This document shows positions 40,263-53,524 of a stretch of 64,000 bases of DNA, in pieces. The DNA lies in NCBI GenBank assembly GCA_965224085.1, contig CBDCYI010000009.1, positions 608,001 through 672,000 on the forward strand. Direction: 5' to 3'. The DNA comes from Candidatus Marinacidobacterales bacterium. GTDB taxonomy: Bacteria > Acidobacteriota > Vicinamibacteria > Marinacidobacterales > SMYC01. Within the stretch, counting starts at the first letter, position 1. Each line of letters begins with the position of its first letter. Below the pieces are notes generated by a model. The model ran no database searches. It had not been told where the DNA came from and worked only from the letters and a program-made list of their open reading frames with translations. The translations under genes and the position numbers were made by a program.

Positions 40263-41617
40263 GGTAAATCTAGATGCTGCAGGGATTGATATTGGAGCGG
40301 AGTCAATCGTGGCGGCAGTCCCGAAGGGGCGCACTCCTGAGGGCGAACATGTCCGCACGTTTCAGAGCTTTGTATGCTCGCTGCGAGAGCTGGCCAATTG
40401 GCTGAAGGCGTGCGGCGTGTGCACGGTGGCGATGGAGTCGACCGGAGTTTATTGGATTCCACTGTACGAGTTGTTGGAAGACGAGGGATTTGAAGTCTAT
40501 CTGGTCGATGCTCGCAAAGTGAAAAACGTATCTGGGCGCAAGTCAGACGTGTCGGATGCGGAGTGGCTGCAACAGCTGCATACATTCGGGCTACTCCCAA
40601 AAACCTTTCGGCCGGAATCGGCGATTTGCGAGCTAAGGGCATACACCCGCCAACGAAGCTCGCTGGTGGAGTCAGCGGCTCGCCACATTCAGCATATGCA
40701 CAAAGCGCTCAACCAAATGGGGCTCCAGCTACAACACGTCCTGCGCGACGTGACCGGAGTCACCGGCCTTGCGATCATCCGAGCGATCTTGAGAGGAGAG
40801 CGAGATCCTCGTGACCTAGCAAAACTGAGGCATGAACGTTGCCACAACGATGAGGCCACGATCGCGAAAGCCTTAGAAGGTAACTATCGGAGCGAGCATG
40901 TTTTCGCTCTTCAACAGTCGGTGGAGTTGTACGATTTCTATCAAGAGAAAATGGAAGACTGTGACAAGCGGATCGAGAGATGCCTGTCCAAATTGGAGAC
41001 CCGGCCTCAGGACGCTCGGCCTAAGCCGAAACCACGGACACGGCGAGCGCGTAGCGGCAACGGGCCGCGCTTTCCGCTCGCTGAGTCTCTATTGGGACTC
41101 ACGGGGGTGGACCTAACCAGGGTTCCCGGCTTAGGTAGCTATGCCGTTCTGCAGCTCGTAGGAGAAACCGGTTGCGACATGAGCCCGTGGAAAAGTGACA
41201 AGCACTTCACCTCATGGCTAGCTCTCGCACCGAATAATAAGGAGTCCGCTGGTCGAATCTTTCGCCGGGCCACCCCAATGAGCTCCAGTCGTGCTGCAAA
41301 ACTCTTTCGCCTCGCCGCGTGCGCTGTCCGCAATACCCAAACCGCGCTCGGCGCTTTCTATCGACGAATCCGATCGCGACGAGGTGCTCCAAAGGCCATC
41401 ACAGCTACCGCCCGTAAAATAGCGACCATCTACTTCCGCATGCTTGCGACTGGAGAGGAGTTCATTGAGCTCGGTCAGGACGCTTATGAAAGGCAATACC
41501 AGCAACGCCTCCTGAGTAATCTCCGACGCAAAGCTACCCGACTCGGCTTCAGCCTCGTTCCCGATCAATCCATATCATGAAAAATGCCTTCGGCCGGGAG
41601 TGTCAGTCGAAAGTACC
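40263..41617 (+). mobile_element. IS110-family element, second copy, left end missing
   Basis: Near-identical to 34677-36030; the MSILTSR start of ORF 40243-41580 comes from the adjoining element's end. Confidence 0.9.
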
Positions 41618-42056
41618 TTCCTAGCCGTTCTTCGAACGCACGCGGGGTCGCTCAACTTGGATGCGACGACCGCCGAAGCTCAGCTCGCCCGTCGTACGGC
41701 CCCACCGGTAGTGCGTTCGATCCTCTCGATGCTTGCCCCTCTTGCCGGCGAGCACTTCCGCTTCGCCAAGCAAGAGTGTGTTCAGTGCTTCGAGTCCTTG
41801 CTCATGGAGCCAACTCGTCAACTCCAACCTCGTCGACGCGATCCCGGCCATCATCGGCATGAGCATCTGGCGCAGATGCTCCACCACCCCCGGTTCCGAG
41901 CTTCCTCTCCCTTGATTCCTGACCTTCTTTGGTTTCTTATTCATCAGCGGCTCCTTGTCCCCCTGCGGAGACGGTTGTTTTTTTTGGGCAGACCTATTTT
42001 CAGGCCGGCCAAGGAGCCGCTGCTACTTCAAATTTTCAACATGGGCTGGGACATCC
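41618..42056 (-). mobile_element. IS256-family 5' remnant
   Basis: EAEVLAGKRGKH...HYRWGRTTGELSFGGRRIQVERPRVRS, then a stop and the IS110 end. Confidence 0.7.
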
Positions 42057-42074
42057 CCAATGAGAGGGCCTGCA

Positions 42075-43646
42075 ATGATTAAAACGAATCGAAATCGTAT
42101 CGGAAACCTTGCTTTGCTAACAGGTATTCTGCCTTGCCTAATTTGCTGGCAGAGCAGCTATCTCTTCGCTCAGCACGTTGATTTGAATGTCAGTACAAAG
42201 ACAGAGAGCTCTGACAAGCCTGTTGAATTGAGCGCGCCATCGGTAACGGAGCACACCATTACAATGGATGGAGAATCCATAAACTACAGCGCTACTGTAG
42301 GTTATATGATTCAAACGGATGCAGATAACAAGCCCATTGGCTACTTTTTCTACACCGCATACACAAAGCAGGATGAGGATTCCGTTTCTCGTCCGTTGAC
42401 TTTCTGCTTCAACGGCGGACCAGGAAGCTCCTCGATCTACCTCCACATGCTGAACGTCGGGCCCCAAAAGGCCGTGCTTCTGAAAGACGGCAATACTCCG
42501 GCACCACCACCCCGTATGGTGGACAACGTAGATACATGGCTTGCCTTCACCGACCTCGTATTCATCGATCCAATAGGCACAGGGTTCAGTTTTCCTCACC
42601 CAGGAGCGGACACGAAGCAATTCTGGGGTGCTGCAGCGGATGCCGAATCCGTTAGCGATTTCATTCGCATGTACATCACCGAGAACGCTCGCTGGCTGTC
42701 GCCGATTTTCGTGGCCGGTGAGAGTTATGGTGGCATCCGCGGTGCCCTGGTCGCGGAAGAGCTACAGAAAAATCGTCACATCAAATTAAATTTAAACGGT
42801 CTCATCTTTATCTCACCAGCTTATGATGGGCAGAGTCTGGCAACGAGCAAGCACAATCCTACGTACCTCTCACAGTATTTTCCGACTTACGCCACGACTG
42901 CCTGGTACCACAAGAAACTGGATGACGACTTGCAGGGTGATTTCGACAAACTGGTCACGGAAGTGACGACATGGGCTAGCGAAGATTATATGGTGGCGCT
43001 CATCAAGGGCGACAAGCTCGATGATTCCAAAAAGGAAGAGATTGCCAGCCAGATGGCCCGCTACACCGGATTGTCCGAAGACTTCATTCTGGAGAAGAAT
43101 CTTCGAATCACTTCCGCGGAATTCAGAGCAGGACTCTTGCGCGATGAGGGCATAAGTCTGCACCGCGCCGATGCTCGATTCGAAGACGGAGCCTATGACT
43201 TGGCGAGGACTCTATCTCCACTATTTAACCACTACATCAGGAACGTCCTCGGGTTCGAAACGAACAAAGCGTATGTCACGGGATGGTGGGCGTGTGTCGA
43301 GCGAAAGATAGAGTTCAATGAGCCGTGTTTCTCTAGCAGTGGTCTTCGTCCATGGCCATACACCGAAGGTACTGCTCCTTTCTCGGTCGTTCCCAACCTG
43401 AGTGAAGCAATGAAGAACAACAGGAATATGAAGGTCCTCGTCGCTGCGGGATACTACGATTATGCCTGTCCCTTTGCGACCATAGACTATGCGATCGATC
43501 AACTACTCCTGAAACCTGAGTTGCAAAAAAACCTCGTTCGTCGCTACTACCAGGGAGGTCACATGGTCTATATATCTCAGATCGAGATGACGAGATTCAC
43601 CAAAGACGTGAAGGCATTCATCGTGAATTCCACAACTTCCGATTGA
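42075..43646 (+). CDS. Secreted serine carboxypeptidase (peptidase S10)
   Basis: FNGGPGSSS, FIDPIGTGFS, GESYGG, GYYD and YYQGGHM motifs; lower GC than the core genes. Confidence 0.93.
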   Translation: MIKTNRNRIGNLALLTGILPCLICWQSSYLFAQHVDLNVSTKTESSDKPVELSAPSVTEHTITMDGESINYSATVGYMIQTDADNKPIGYFFYTAYTKQDEDSVSRPLTFCFNGGPGSSSIYLHMLNVGPQKAVLLKDGNTPAPPPRMVDNVDTWLAFTDLVFIDPIGTGFSFPHPGADTKQFWGAAADAESVSDFIRMYITENARWLSPIFVAGESYGGIRGALVAEELQKNRHIKLNLNGLIFISPAYDGQSLATSKHNPTYLSQYFPTYATTAWYHKKLDDDLQGDFDKLVTEVTTWASEDYMVALIKGDKLDDSKKEEIASQMARYTGLSEDFILEKNLRITSAEFRAGLLRDEGISLHRADARFEDGAYDLARTLSPLFNHYIRNVLGFETNKAYVTGWWACVERKIEFNEPCFSSSGLRPWPYTEGTAPFSVVPNLSEAMKNNRNMKVLVAAGYYDYACPFATIDYAIDQLLLKPELQKNLVRRYYQGGHMVYISQIEMTRFTKDVKAFIVNSTTSD

Positions 43647-43918
43647 TCAGTTAGCCTCTAACCGGTCAGAAACCGGGGATTTTGTTCACACTTTTCTGCT
43701 GGCGCGAGGTAAGTGATTTCGTTTCAACAGCTTTCAGGTTTACCTGGCTAGAGTTAGAGTGCACGCTACTGAAAACGAGACCAAGGGCCTGGGAAGGCAT
43801 ATGGTCTATTTAAGGTGCTTCCGCCATCAAGTGATGGGATGGACTCCTCCGCTGACATAGACGGCATCGATGTGCCAAAGTCAGTCGAAAGAACGCATCG
43901 AAAAAGGAGGAGTTCCGA

Positions 43919-44953
43919 ATGAAAGATACGACGATCGCTGTGGATCTTGCAAAGAACGTCTTCGAGATTGCCATCTCGCGCGAAGCGGGGAAGGTGTCCA
44001 AGCAACTCCGTGTGAGTCGACCTAAGTTGGTGTCGTTTTTTGCGAAACAGAGCGCTGCCACCGTGCTTCTCGAAGCCTGCGGCTCGGCTCACTTCTGGGC
44101 AAGGACGTTGCGACGGTTGGGACACGACGTCGTCCTGCTCCCACCTCACCTCGTAAGGCCGTATCGACGCGGGAGCAAGAACGACCGCGCGGACACCAAA
44201 GCTTTGCTCGAGGCTTACCGGAACGAGGAGATTCTTTCGGTGCCCATCAAGTCCGTGCGCCAGCACACCCTCGCCGCGCTCCATCGCCTACGCTCAGGAT
44301 GGCTCTCCACACGGACCGCACGCATCAATGCCGTACGCGGGGTCCTGCGCGAGCTCGGACTCTTCATCCCCAAGGGCGCTCACTTCGTCGTGCCCGCCAT
44401 CTCCGAGCTCGTCGAAGACGCTGATTCTGATTTGCCCGACGTGCTCCGTCCGCACCTGCGTGATGCGTGCTCCGAGATTCGAGAGCTCAAGGACAAGTGC
44501 GCTGGCATCGAGCACGAGCTCAAGGCGCTCACCAAGCAGCTTCCTGAGGTGCAACGACTTCTCACCATTCCCGGCATCGGACTTCTGACCGCGACCGCCA
44601 TCGTCGGCTTCGTTGGGGATCTGCGCCGCTTCCCATCGGGACGCCGCTTCTCGAGTTACCTCGGCCTCGTTCCCAAAGAGAACTCCAGTGGTGACATTCG
44701 CCGCCTCGGGCGCATCACCAAGCGTGGCGACTCCTACCTCCGTACGCTCCTCACGCAGGGCGGACGCGCCGTGCTCCGAGCGGCCAACGTCAGCAAGAGC
44801 CCGCCCGACAAGCTCCGCGCCTGGGCGCGGAAGCTCCACCGCTCGCGGGGACACAACAAAGCCGCGATTGCTGTCGCCAACAAACTCGCCCGGATAGTCT
44901 GGGCCGTCTCCACCCGCGAGAGTGAATTCCAGTCGGTGCCCGCGGCCGCATAG
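43919..44953 (+). CDS. IS110/IS1111 DEDD recombinase
   Basis: AVDLAKNVF, LEACGSAH, KNDRADT, IPGIG, GLVPKENSSG and AIAVANKLARI motifs. Confidence 0.93.
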   Translation: MKDTTIAVDLAKNVFEIAISREAGKVSKQLRVSRPKLVSFFAKQSAATVLLEACGSAHFWARTLRRLGHDVVLLPPHLVRPYRRGSKNDRADTKALLEAYRNEEILSVPIKSVRQHTLAALHRLRSGWLSTRTARINAVRGVLRELGLFIPKGAHFVVPAISELVEDADSDLPDVLRPHLRDACSEIRELKDKCAGIEHELKALTKQLPEVQRLLTIPGIGLLTATAIVGFVGDLRRFPSGRRFSSYLGLVPKENSSGDIRRLGRITKRGDSYLRTLLTQGGRAVLRAANVSKSPPDKLRAWARKLHRSRGHNKAAIAVANKLARIVWAVSTRESEFQSVPAAA

Positions 44954-45255
44954 AGGCTCCACTTTCGTGTTTTCCTTCTTCCCTTCCAACAGAGGCTGCG
45001 ACGATACCCATCCAACTGATGGCGTACCGGTCGGACCGGCGCGGGGTCAAGCCGATAGCAACACTGGCCCTCAGAGGTCGCTCAAAGTGATTGGCTCCTC
45101 GCGCGCGGATTTTCCGTCATGGCCCGGAGCACCCAAGACGCTCCTCACTGAGGCCGTAGATATGTTTGCAGTCTGACCCACTCGTCACCGATTTGGACGA
45201 GCAGCTCTGAGGAAGACTTTTTTGAGAAAGGTGTTGATTGAGGAGTCCAGATATG
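44954..45255 (+). ncRNA. Putative bridge RNA/seekRNA locus
   Basis: Non-coding right end with segments complementary or identical to the element's target and donor junctions (see findings). Confidence 0.7.
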
Positions 45256-45820
45256 GTGACATTCGCCGCCTCGGGCGCATCACCAAGCGTGGCGACTCCT
45301 ACCTCCGTACGCTCCTCACGCAGGGCGGACGCGCCGTGCTCCGAGCGGCCAACGTCAGCAAGAGCCCGCCCGACAAGCTCCGCGCCTGGGCGCGGAAGCT
45401 CCACCGCTCGCGGGGACACAACAAAGCCGCGATTGCTGTCGCCAACAAACTCGCCCGGATAGTCTGGGCCGTCTCCACCCGCGAGAGTGAATTCCAGTCG
45501 GTGCCCGCGGCCGCATAGAGGCTCCACTTTCGTGTTTTCCTTCTTCCCTTCCAACAGAGGCTGCGACGATACCCATCCAACTGATGGCGTACCGGTCGGA
45601 CCGGCGCGGGGTCAAGCCGATAGCAACACTGGCCCTCAGAGGTCGCTCAAAGTGATTGGCTCCTCGCGCGCGGATTTTCCGTCATGGCCCGGAGCACCCA
45701 AGACGCTCCTCACTGAGGCCGTAGATATGTTTGCAGTCTGACCCACTCGTCACCGATTTGGACGAGCAGCTCTGAGGAAGACTTTTTTGAGAAAGGTGTT
45801 GATTGAGGAGTCCAGATATG
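45254..45820 (+). repeat. 565-bp tandem duplication of the IS1111 3' part and right end
   Basis: Appears identical to 44689-45255 at an offset of 565. Confidence 0.92.
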
Positions 45821-45851
45821 TGGCTACGCTGCGAGAGGCATCTGACTGCTT

Positions 45852-46430
45852 GTGTCTGTTGGCCCCCTACGAGCGCCACCGAACGTGATCACGATCGTTC
45901 CTTCTCGTCTTGACGACCTGACCATAGAGAGCTGCCGGGCCGAAGACACGACGAGCGACCTTCTCGTAGAAATCGAATCCGTCGGTGACAATCAACGGAA
46001 GACCCTGGAAATCCATCAAGAAGACGAGCCCACCATGAGCCCCGCACGAAAGCAGGCTTTGCGGCGGCGATGGGCAGATTTGATAAAACGCGTCTTCGAG
46101 CTCGACCCCCTTCGGTGTCCTTGCGGTGGGACGATGCGCGTGGTCGCTTTCATCACTCAGCCGCGGGTCATACGCAAGATACTCGGACATCTCAAAAACA
46201 AAGCAAACCGCGACCGAGCTCCTCCTGAGCCGTCCTCCTAATTCAACATCAACGTCGTCTCTCCGATACCGGTGTGCCTCGACACCCTTCGGGCCTCCCC
46301 ACTCAACACCCGCCGATACGTTTCGGAGCTTCTTTGACGCATTTCTCGCTACCCTGCCTGCGGTCTTGCCACGCCCGTGCGCCTTTCTCCACAGGCCTCA
46401 TGCCCGTTGCTCGCTCAAAGTTCCTGATAT
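45852..46430 (+). mobile_element. IS91-family transposase C-terminal remnant with a probable ori-type end
   Basis: WADLIKRVFELDPLRCPCGGTMRVVAFI...IRKILGHL...RAPP-stop, followed by a pyrimidine-rich tail. Confidence 0.65.
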
Positions 46431-47211
46431 GTATTGAGCTGTCTAGCCCATGCCCAATCCTTACTTACGGCATCCAACCTCCCCGCTCATCTGGTCAGGG
46501 CACGAGCAGCTTCATGCGACGGTGGATCAACCTGATATCCGCGTGTTGGTTAACGCCTGACATGCCTTCGTGGCGTTGTTGCACGGCCCGGAGCAAATCG
46601 CTGACCTCCCTGTGCCGGTCGGAGAGTCACCCGGCGCAGTAAGTATCGGGCATGCCGAGCGCGGTCATCTTGTTGAGTATCTCGCACCCAATTCGGTGTT
46701 CAACTCGTTGCCTCGCCAACGTTCGAGTCCGCATCTCGGGCCCCATGATCGCCTTGTAACGATAGACCGCGTTCTCCACCATGCTTCGCTCGGTGCAGCC
46801 TGAGAGCTTGTACCATTCACGTCGGCCGTGTCTTTCGATTGCACGAATATGGCGGTCGCGTTCCCGCATGGCGGTGTTCGAATTCTGACTGAGCGTGGCG
46901 TTTCGTTGCGGCGGAATCACCACGCGCGTCCTTCGTCCAGGGCTGTGCGCTTCGATGGCTTCGTAGACCGCTTCCTTGTCGTATGCACTGTCCGCCGCCA
47001 CCGACGCTATAGGTGCTTGAATCTGTGTTAGCAAAGGGGGGACTCGCGTTGCGTCGCGAGCTCGTGACGCCGTCAGTTCGGACGCAACAATGTTGCCGGT
47101 CTTGCGATCAACGGCGATGTGCAACTTGCGCCAGGCGCGCTGCTTTGGCGGTTTGCGGGTGGTTCCAACATGAATTCTCAAGCCCGTGCTATCGATCATC
47201 AGGTGGATTAG

Positions 47212-47751
47212 TGTCTCTTCCGGGGATGGTCGAAACCCCTCGCCTTTAGGCGAAGAGAAGATCGTGGTATTGTGGTCGCGTGCGTCACTACAGGCACGGA
47301 GCGCACACGAAAACGGACCTAAAAGCGCACATCGTTTGGATACCGAAATATCGTAAAAAGGTTTTGATCGGTCCAGTAGCGGTTCGTGTGCGCGATCTGA
47401 TTCGTCAGATCGCGATGGAACATGAGCTGCACATAATCTCGGGTAAGGTTGCACGCGACCACGTCCACGTGTTCGTATCCTACCGACCACACCAGGACCT
47501 GAGTAGGATCGTGCAGTGGCTAAAAGGAATAAGCTCCCGAGTACTCCTTCAGGAGTTTGCTCACCTGAGGAAGAAGTTTTGGGGCCGGCACTTCTGGGCC
47601 CGAGGATATCTGGCGGTGAGTTCAGGAAGCATAACGGACGAGATGGTAAAGGAGTACATAGACTCCCAGGATGGCGAGCCTCTTCACGACGACAGTCAAT
47701 TTCCAATTGACAGCCCTTGAAGCCACCGCCTTCTAGGCGGTGGTTGTTCAC
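47212..47751 (+). mobile_element. IS200/IS605-family element (tnpA only), 540 bp
   Basis: Inserted 3' of TTAG, ends in TCAC, no duplication; sub-terminal hairpins cgcctttaggcg and ccaccgccttctaggcggtgg. Confidence 0.88.
47280..47720 (+). CDS. tnpA: IS200 Y1 HUH transposase
   Basis: HIVWIPKYR, DHVH, LKGISSR, FWARGY and EYIDSQ motifs. Confidence 0.93.
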   Translation: MRHYRHGAHTKTDLKAHIVWIPKYRKKVLIGPVAVRVRDLIRQIAMEHELHIISGKVARDHVHVFVSYRPHQDLSRIVQWLKGISSRVLLQEFAHLRKKFWGRHFWARGYLAVSSGSITDEMVKEYIDSQDGEPLHDDSQFPIDSP

Positions 47752-47922
47752 TTGATTGCTTGCGGCTTTCCGAATCCGCAGCTTCTTGCGGAGCAGCCTC
47801 GACCGCCGACACAACGTCGAGTAGTCCGGGATCTCGATACCGAGCCCGAGAAGCGAGGCGATCGAGTGCAAGAAGCCTTCGGTTTGGCGGTAGGCAAGCT
47901 TGTACACCATCCGGACAACCAG

Positions 47923-48942
47923 GAGATGAAAGCTTGGGCGATCCCTCCTGATGGACCAAAGCGCACGCTCCTGCACATTAAGCAGTGGGACTTCAACTGG
48001 CAGGACGAGTACCGCTTCGCCGAGCGCGTCGCGCTTCCCGCGGGCACGACGCTCGCGATGGAATACACGTACGACAACTCGTCCGATAACCCGCGCAACC
48101 CGCATCGTCCGCCGCGGCGCGTGTTGTACGGCCCGGGATCCTCCGACGAAATGGGCGATCTCTGGATCCAGGTGGTGCCACGACGCGGCGAAGATCTTCA
48201 GACATTGGAGGTGGATTTCGCGCACAAGGAGACGGCGGCCCGCCTCGCCGGCTACACGTTCAAGCTCGACGTCGATCCGGACGATGAAGAGGCTCACTAC
48301 AGCTTGGCAGGGATGTTGGCCGAGCTTTCGAGGACGGGCGAGGCCATCCGTCACTACCGGGAAGCTCTTCGCATTCGAGGGGACTTTGCCCTCGCGCTCA
48401 ACGATCTCGGGAGGCTCTACCTGCTCGAGGGTGACGCGGAGAAAGCGAGCTCACTGTTTCGTGACGCCATCGCTTCGAGCCCCGACTTGCCACAAGCCTC
48501 GAGCAATCTGGGCACGATTCTTCTCGATCGTGGTCGAACGGCCGAAGCCGAGGAATATTTCCGCCGAGCGCTTCGGGCGTGGCCCGATTTCGCCGAAGCT
48601 CACTACGGTCTCGGCCGAGCTCTGGAAGCCCGTGACCAGATCGACGAAGCTCTCGGTCACTATCGGCACGCCGTGTCGGTCAGGCCGGATTTCGCGCTCG
48701 CGCATTTCCGGCTGGGGAACGTCCTGGCGAGAACGGGCGACGACGATGCGTCTCTTCACCATTTCGACGCCGCTCTCGACGCTCAACCGGACTTCGTCCC
48801 TGCTCTGTTCAACCGGGCCGCCGTGCTCGCCCGTCAGGGAAAGCTCGAGGAGGCGACGCGAAGTCTGGAGAAGCTTCTACGAATCGAGCCCGAGCACGAA
48901 GAAGCCCGCGAGCTGCTGCGCCGGATCGAAGCACTGCGCTAG
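47923..48942 (+). pseudogene. TPR-repeat protein with a copper-monooxygenase-like domain remnant, N-terminally truncated
   Basis: WDFNWQDEY, YTYDNS and SSDEMG followed by several TPRs; the 5' part is replaced by IS5 sequence. Confidence 0.75.
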
Positions 48943-48944
48943 CG

Positions 48945-52112
<3,168 letters not shown>

Positions 52113-52113
52113 G

Positions 52114-53520
52114 TCATTGTCCTCCGCGGATGACGAGTAACTCTGTTTGTCGCGGCGCGAAGTATTCCACCCCGTTGTCGGTGAGCCGGGCGTTCTCTTC
52201 GATGCGGATCGGCAGCACTTTGTCGTTCCACTCGGGTATGGGCGTGCTCACGTGAAGCTCGACCGAGTACCACGCTTCGGCCGCCATCGGATAGCGGACG
52301 CGATCGCCGTACGCGAACGGCCAATCGATCGCCACCCGCGCGCCGATATCGTGCGTCGAGTTACCCACCGAATGGCAGTAGACGCCGACTTCCGGCTGCG
52401 TCGGGTCGGTTTTCACGACGCCTCCCGTCTTCGGCTGGCCGGCGTGGTAGCCCATGACGCTGACGTCTTCCATCGTCGCCTCCCAGACTTCGTGGGCGAT
52501 GGCGCCGGGCTTCATGTTCGCGGTCAGCGTATCGGTAACCTTCATCGCATCGTCGAACGCTTTCTGGATGCTCTCCGGCGGTTCGACTTCACCCGGTTTC
52601 AACACATAGGCGGTGCGCTTGATGTCGGTGCGGTAGTCGATGAAGCCGACGCCCGCGTCGACGGAGAGGACGTCGCCCCCCTCGACCGTGTGCTCCGGCG
52701 TATTGGTGGGGAGGGCCTCACCGTCACGCGTGATGCGGACACCCGGCAGAAACTCCACTTGGAGACCGAGCGTCATCGCACGCTCGCGCATCCACCAGTG
52801 GATGTCGTCCGCAGTCGTTTCTCCCACCGTCACGACCGTATCGGAGAACGCCTCTTCCTCCCAAGCGACGGTCCACTCGCAGAGGTCCCGAAAGACTTCG
52901 ACTTCGTCCGCGATATGGATGGTTCGAAAATCCCGGACCAACAGCTCCGCGGAGACCATGCGGGAAGCGTATTTGGGACCGAGCGTGTCCTCGAGAAACG
53001 TTCTCAACGTCCACGACAAACCGTCCGCCATCGGTAGCGTGGGCGAGACATTGATCCCGATCCGTTGTGGGTCCCGTTCTTCCACGACTTTCTTCAAGTG
53101 AGGGCTGACGCCGCCCTCGGAGTACCCGTAGTAGATGAGCTCGTCGTAGCTGTCCCGAATCGTCGTGTCACGCAGCTCATGAGAGCCGATGAAGATCTTT
53201 TCCGGTGTGTCAGAGCCGCGATCGAAGAAAAGATAGGCGTTCCGCACGCCTCCCCAGCCGCCGCCGATCTCCGACAGGATCGGATCGATGTGGTGCTCGC
53301 GGCTGAACACGAGCCACAGATCGATGTCGTGGGCCCGCATCGCGGGCAACAGCACGCTATCGAGGCGTTTTGCGATGAGCCGCTTTCGAATCTCGAAGCG
53401 CTCCTTGGCGTCGGGAATGTCGAGCGTATCGGTGGGACGCGGCGCGTCCGCGGGCGCCGACGAACCGCAGCCGTTCAAAAAAAGAAACGCCGACAACACA
53501 AATGCTGAAGTTCGAATCAT
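52114..53520 (-). CDS. M24-family metallopeptidase lipoprotein
   Basis: Lipobox LNGC; metal ligands in VDAG...TDIKRT, HSVGNSTHD, SVE and IEE. Confidence 0.85.
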   Translation of the reverse strand: MIRTSAFVLSAFLFLNGCGSSAPADAPRPTDTLDIPDAKERFEIRKRLIAKRLDSVLLPAMRAHDIDLWLVFSREHHIDPILSEIGGGWGGVRNAYLFFDRGSDTPEKIFIGSHELRDTTIRDSYDELIYYGYSEGGVSPHLKKVVEERDPQRIGINVSPTLPMADGLSWTLRTFLEDTLGPKYASRMVSAELLVRDFRTIHIADEVEVFRDLCEWTVAWEEEAFSDTVVTVGETTADDIHWWMRERAMTLGLQVEFLPGVRITRDGEALPTNTPEHTVEGGDVLSVDAGVGFIDYRTDIKRTAYVLKPGEVEPPESIQKAFDDAMKVTDTLTANMKPGAIAHEVWEATMEDVSVMGYHAGQPKTGGVVKTDPTQPEVGVYCHSVGNSTHDIGARVAIDWPFAYGDRVRYPMAAEAWYSVELHVSTPIPEWNDKVLPIRIEENARLTDNGVEYFAPRQTELLVIRGGQ

Positions 53521-53524
53521 GGCA

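Larger units (their letters stand above)
43832..45255 (+). mobile_element. IS110 family, IS1111 group element
   Basis: Sub-terminal inverted repeats tggactcctc (43840-43849) / gaggagtcca (45240-45249); short left end, ~300-bp non-coding right end, TG core at both boundaries. Confidence 0.88.
46572..47922 (-). mobile_element. IS5 type A, 5'-truncated and interrupted by IS200
   Basis: Right end at 46572; homology continues on both sides of 47212-47751 and stops at ~47922. Confidence 0.9.

Noticed and set aside
46627-48354. 575-aa novel transposase fusion ORF
   Set aside because: Artefact of reading through antisense TPR-gene and IS200 sequence into IS5.
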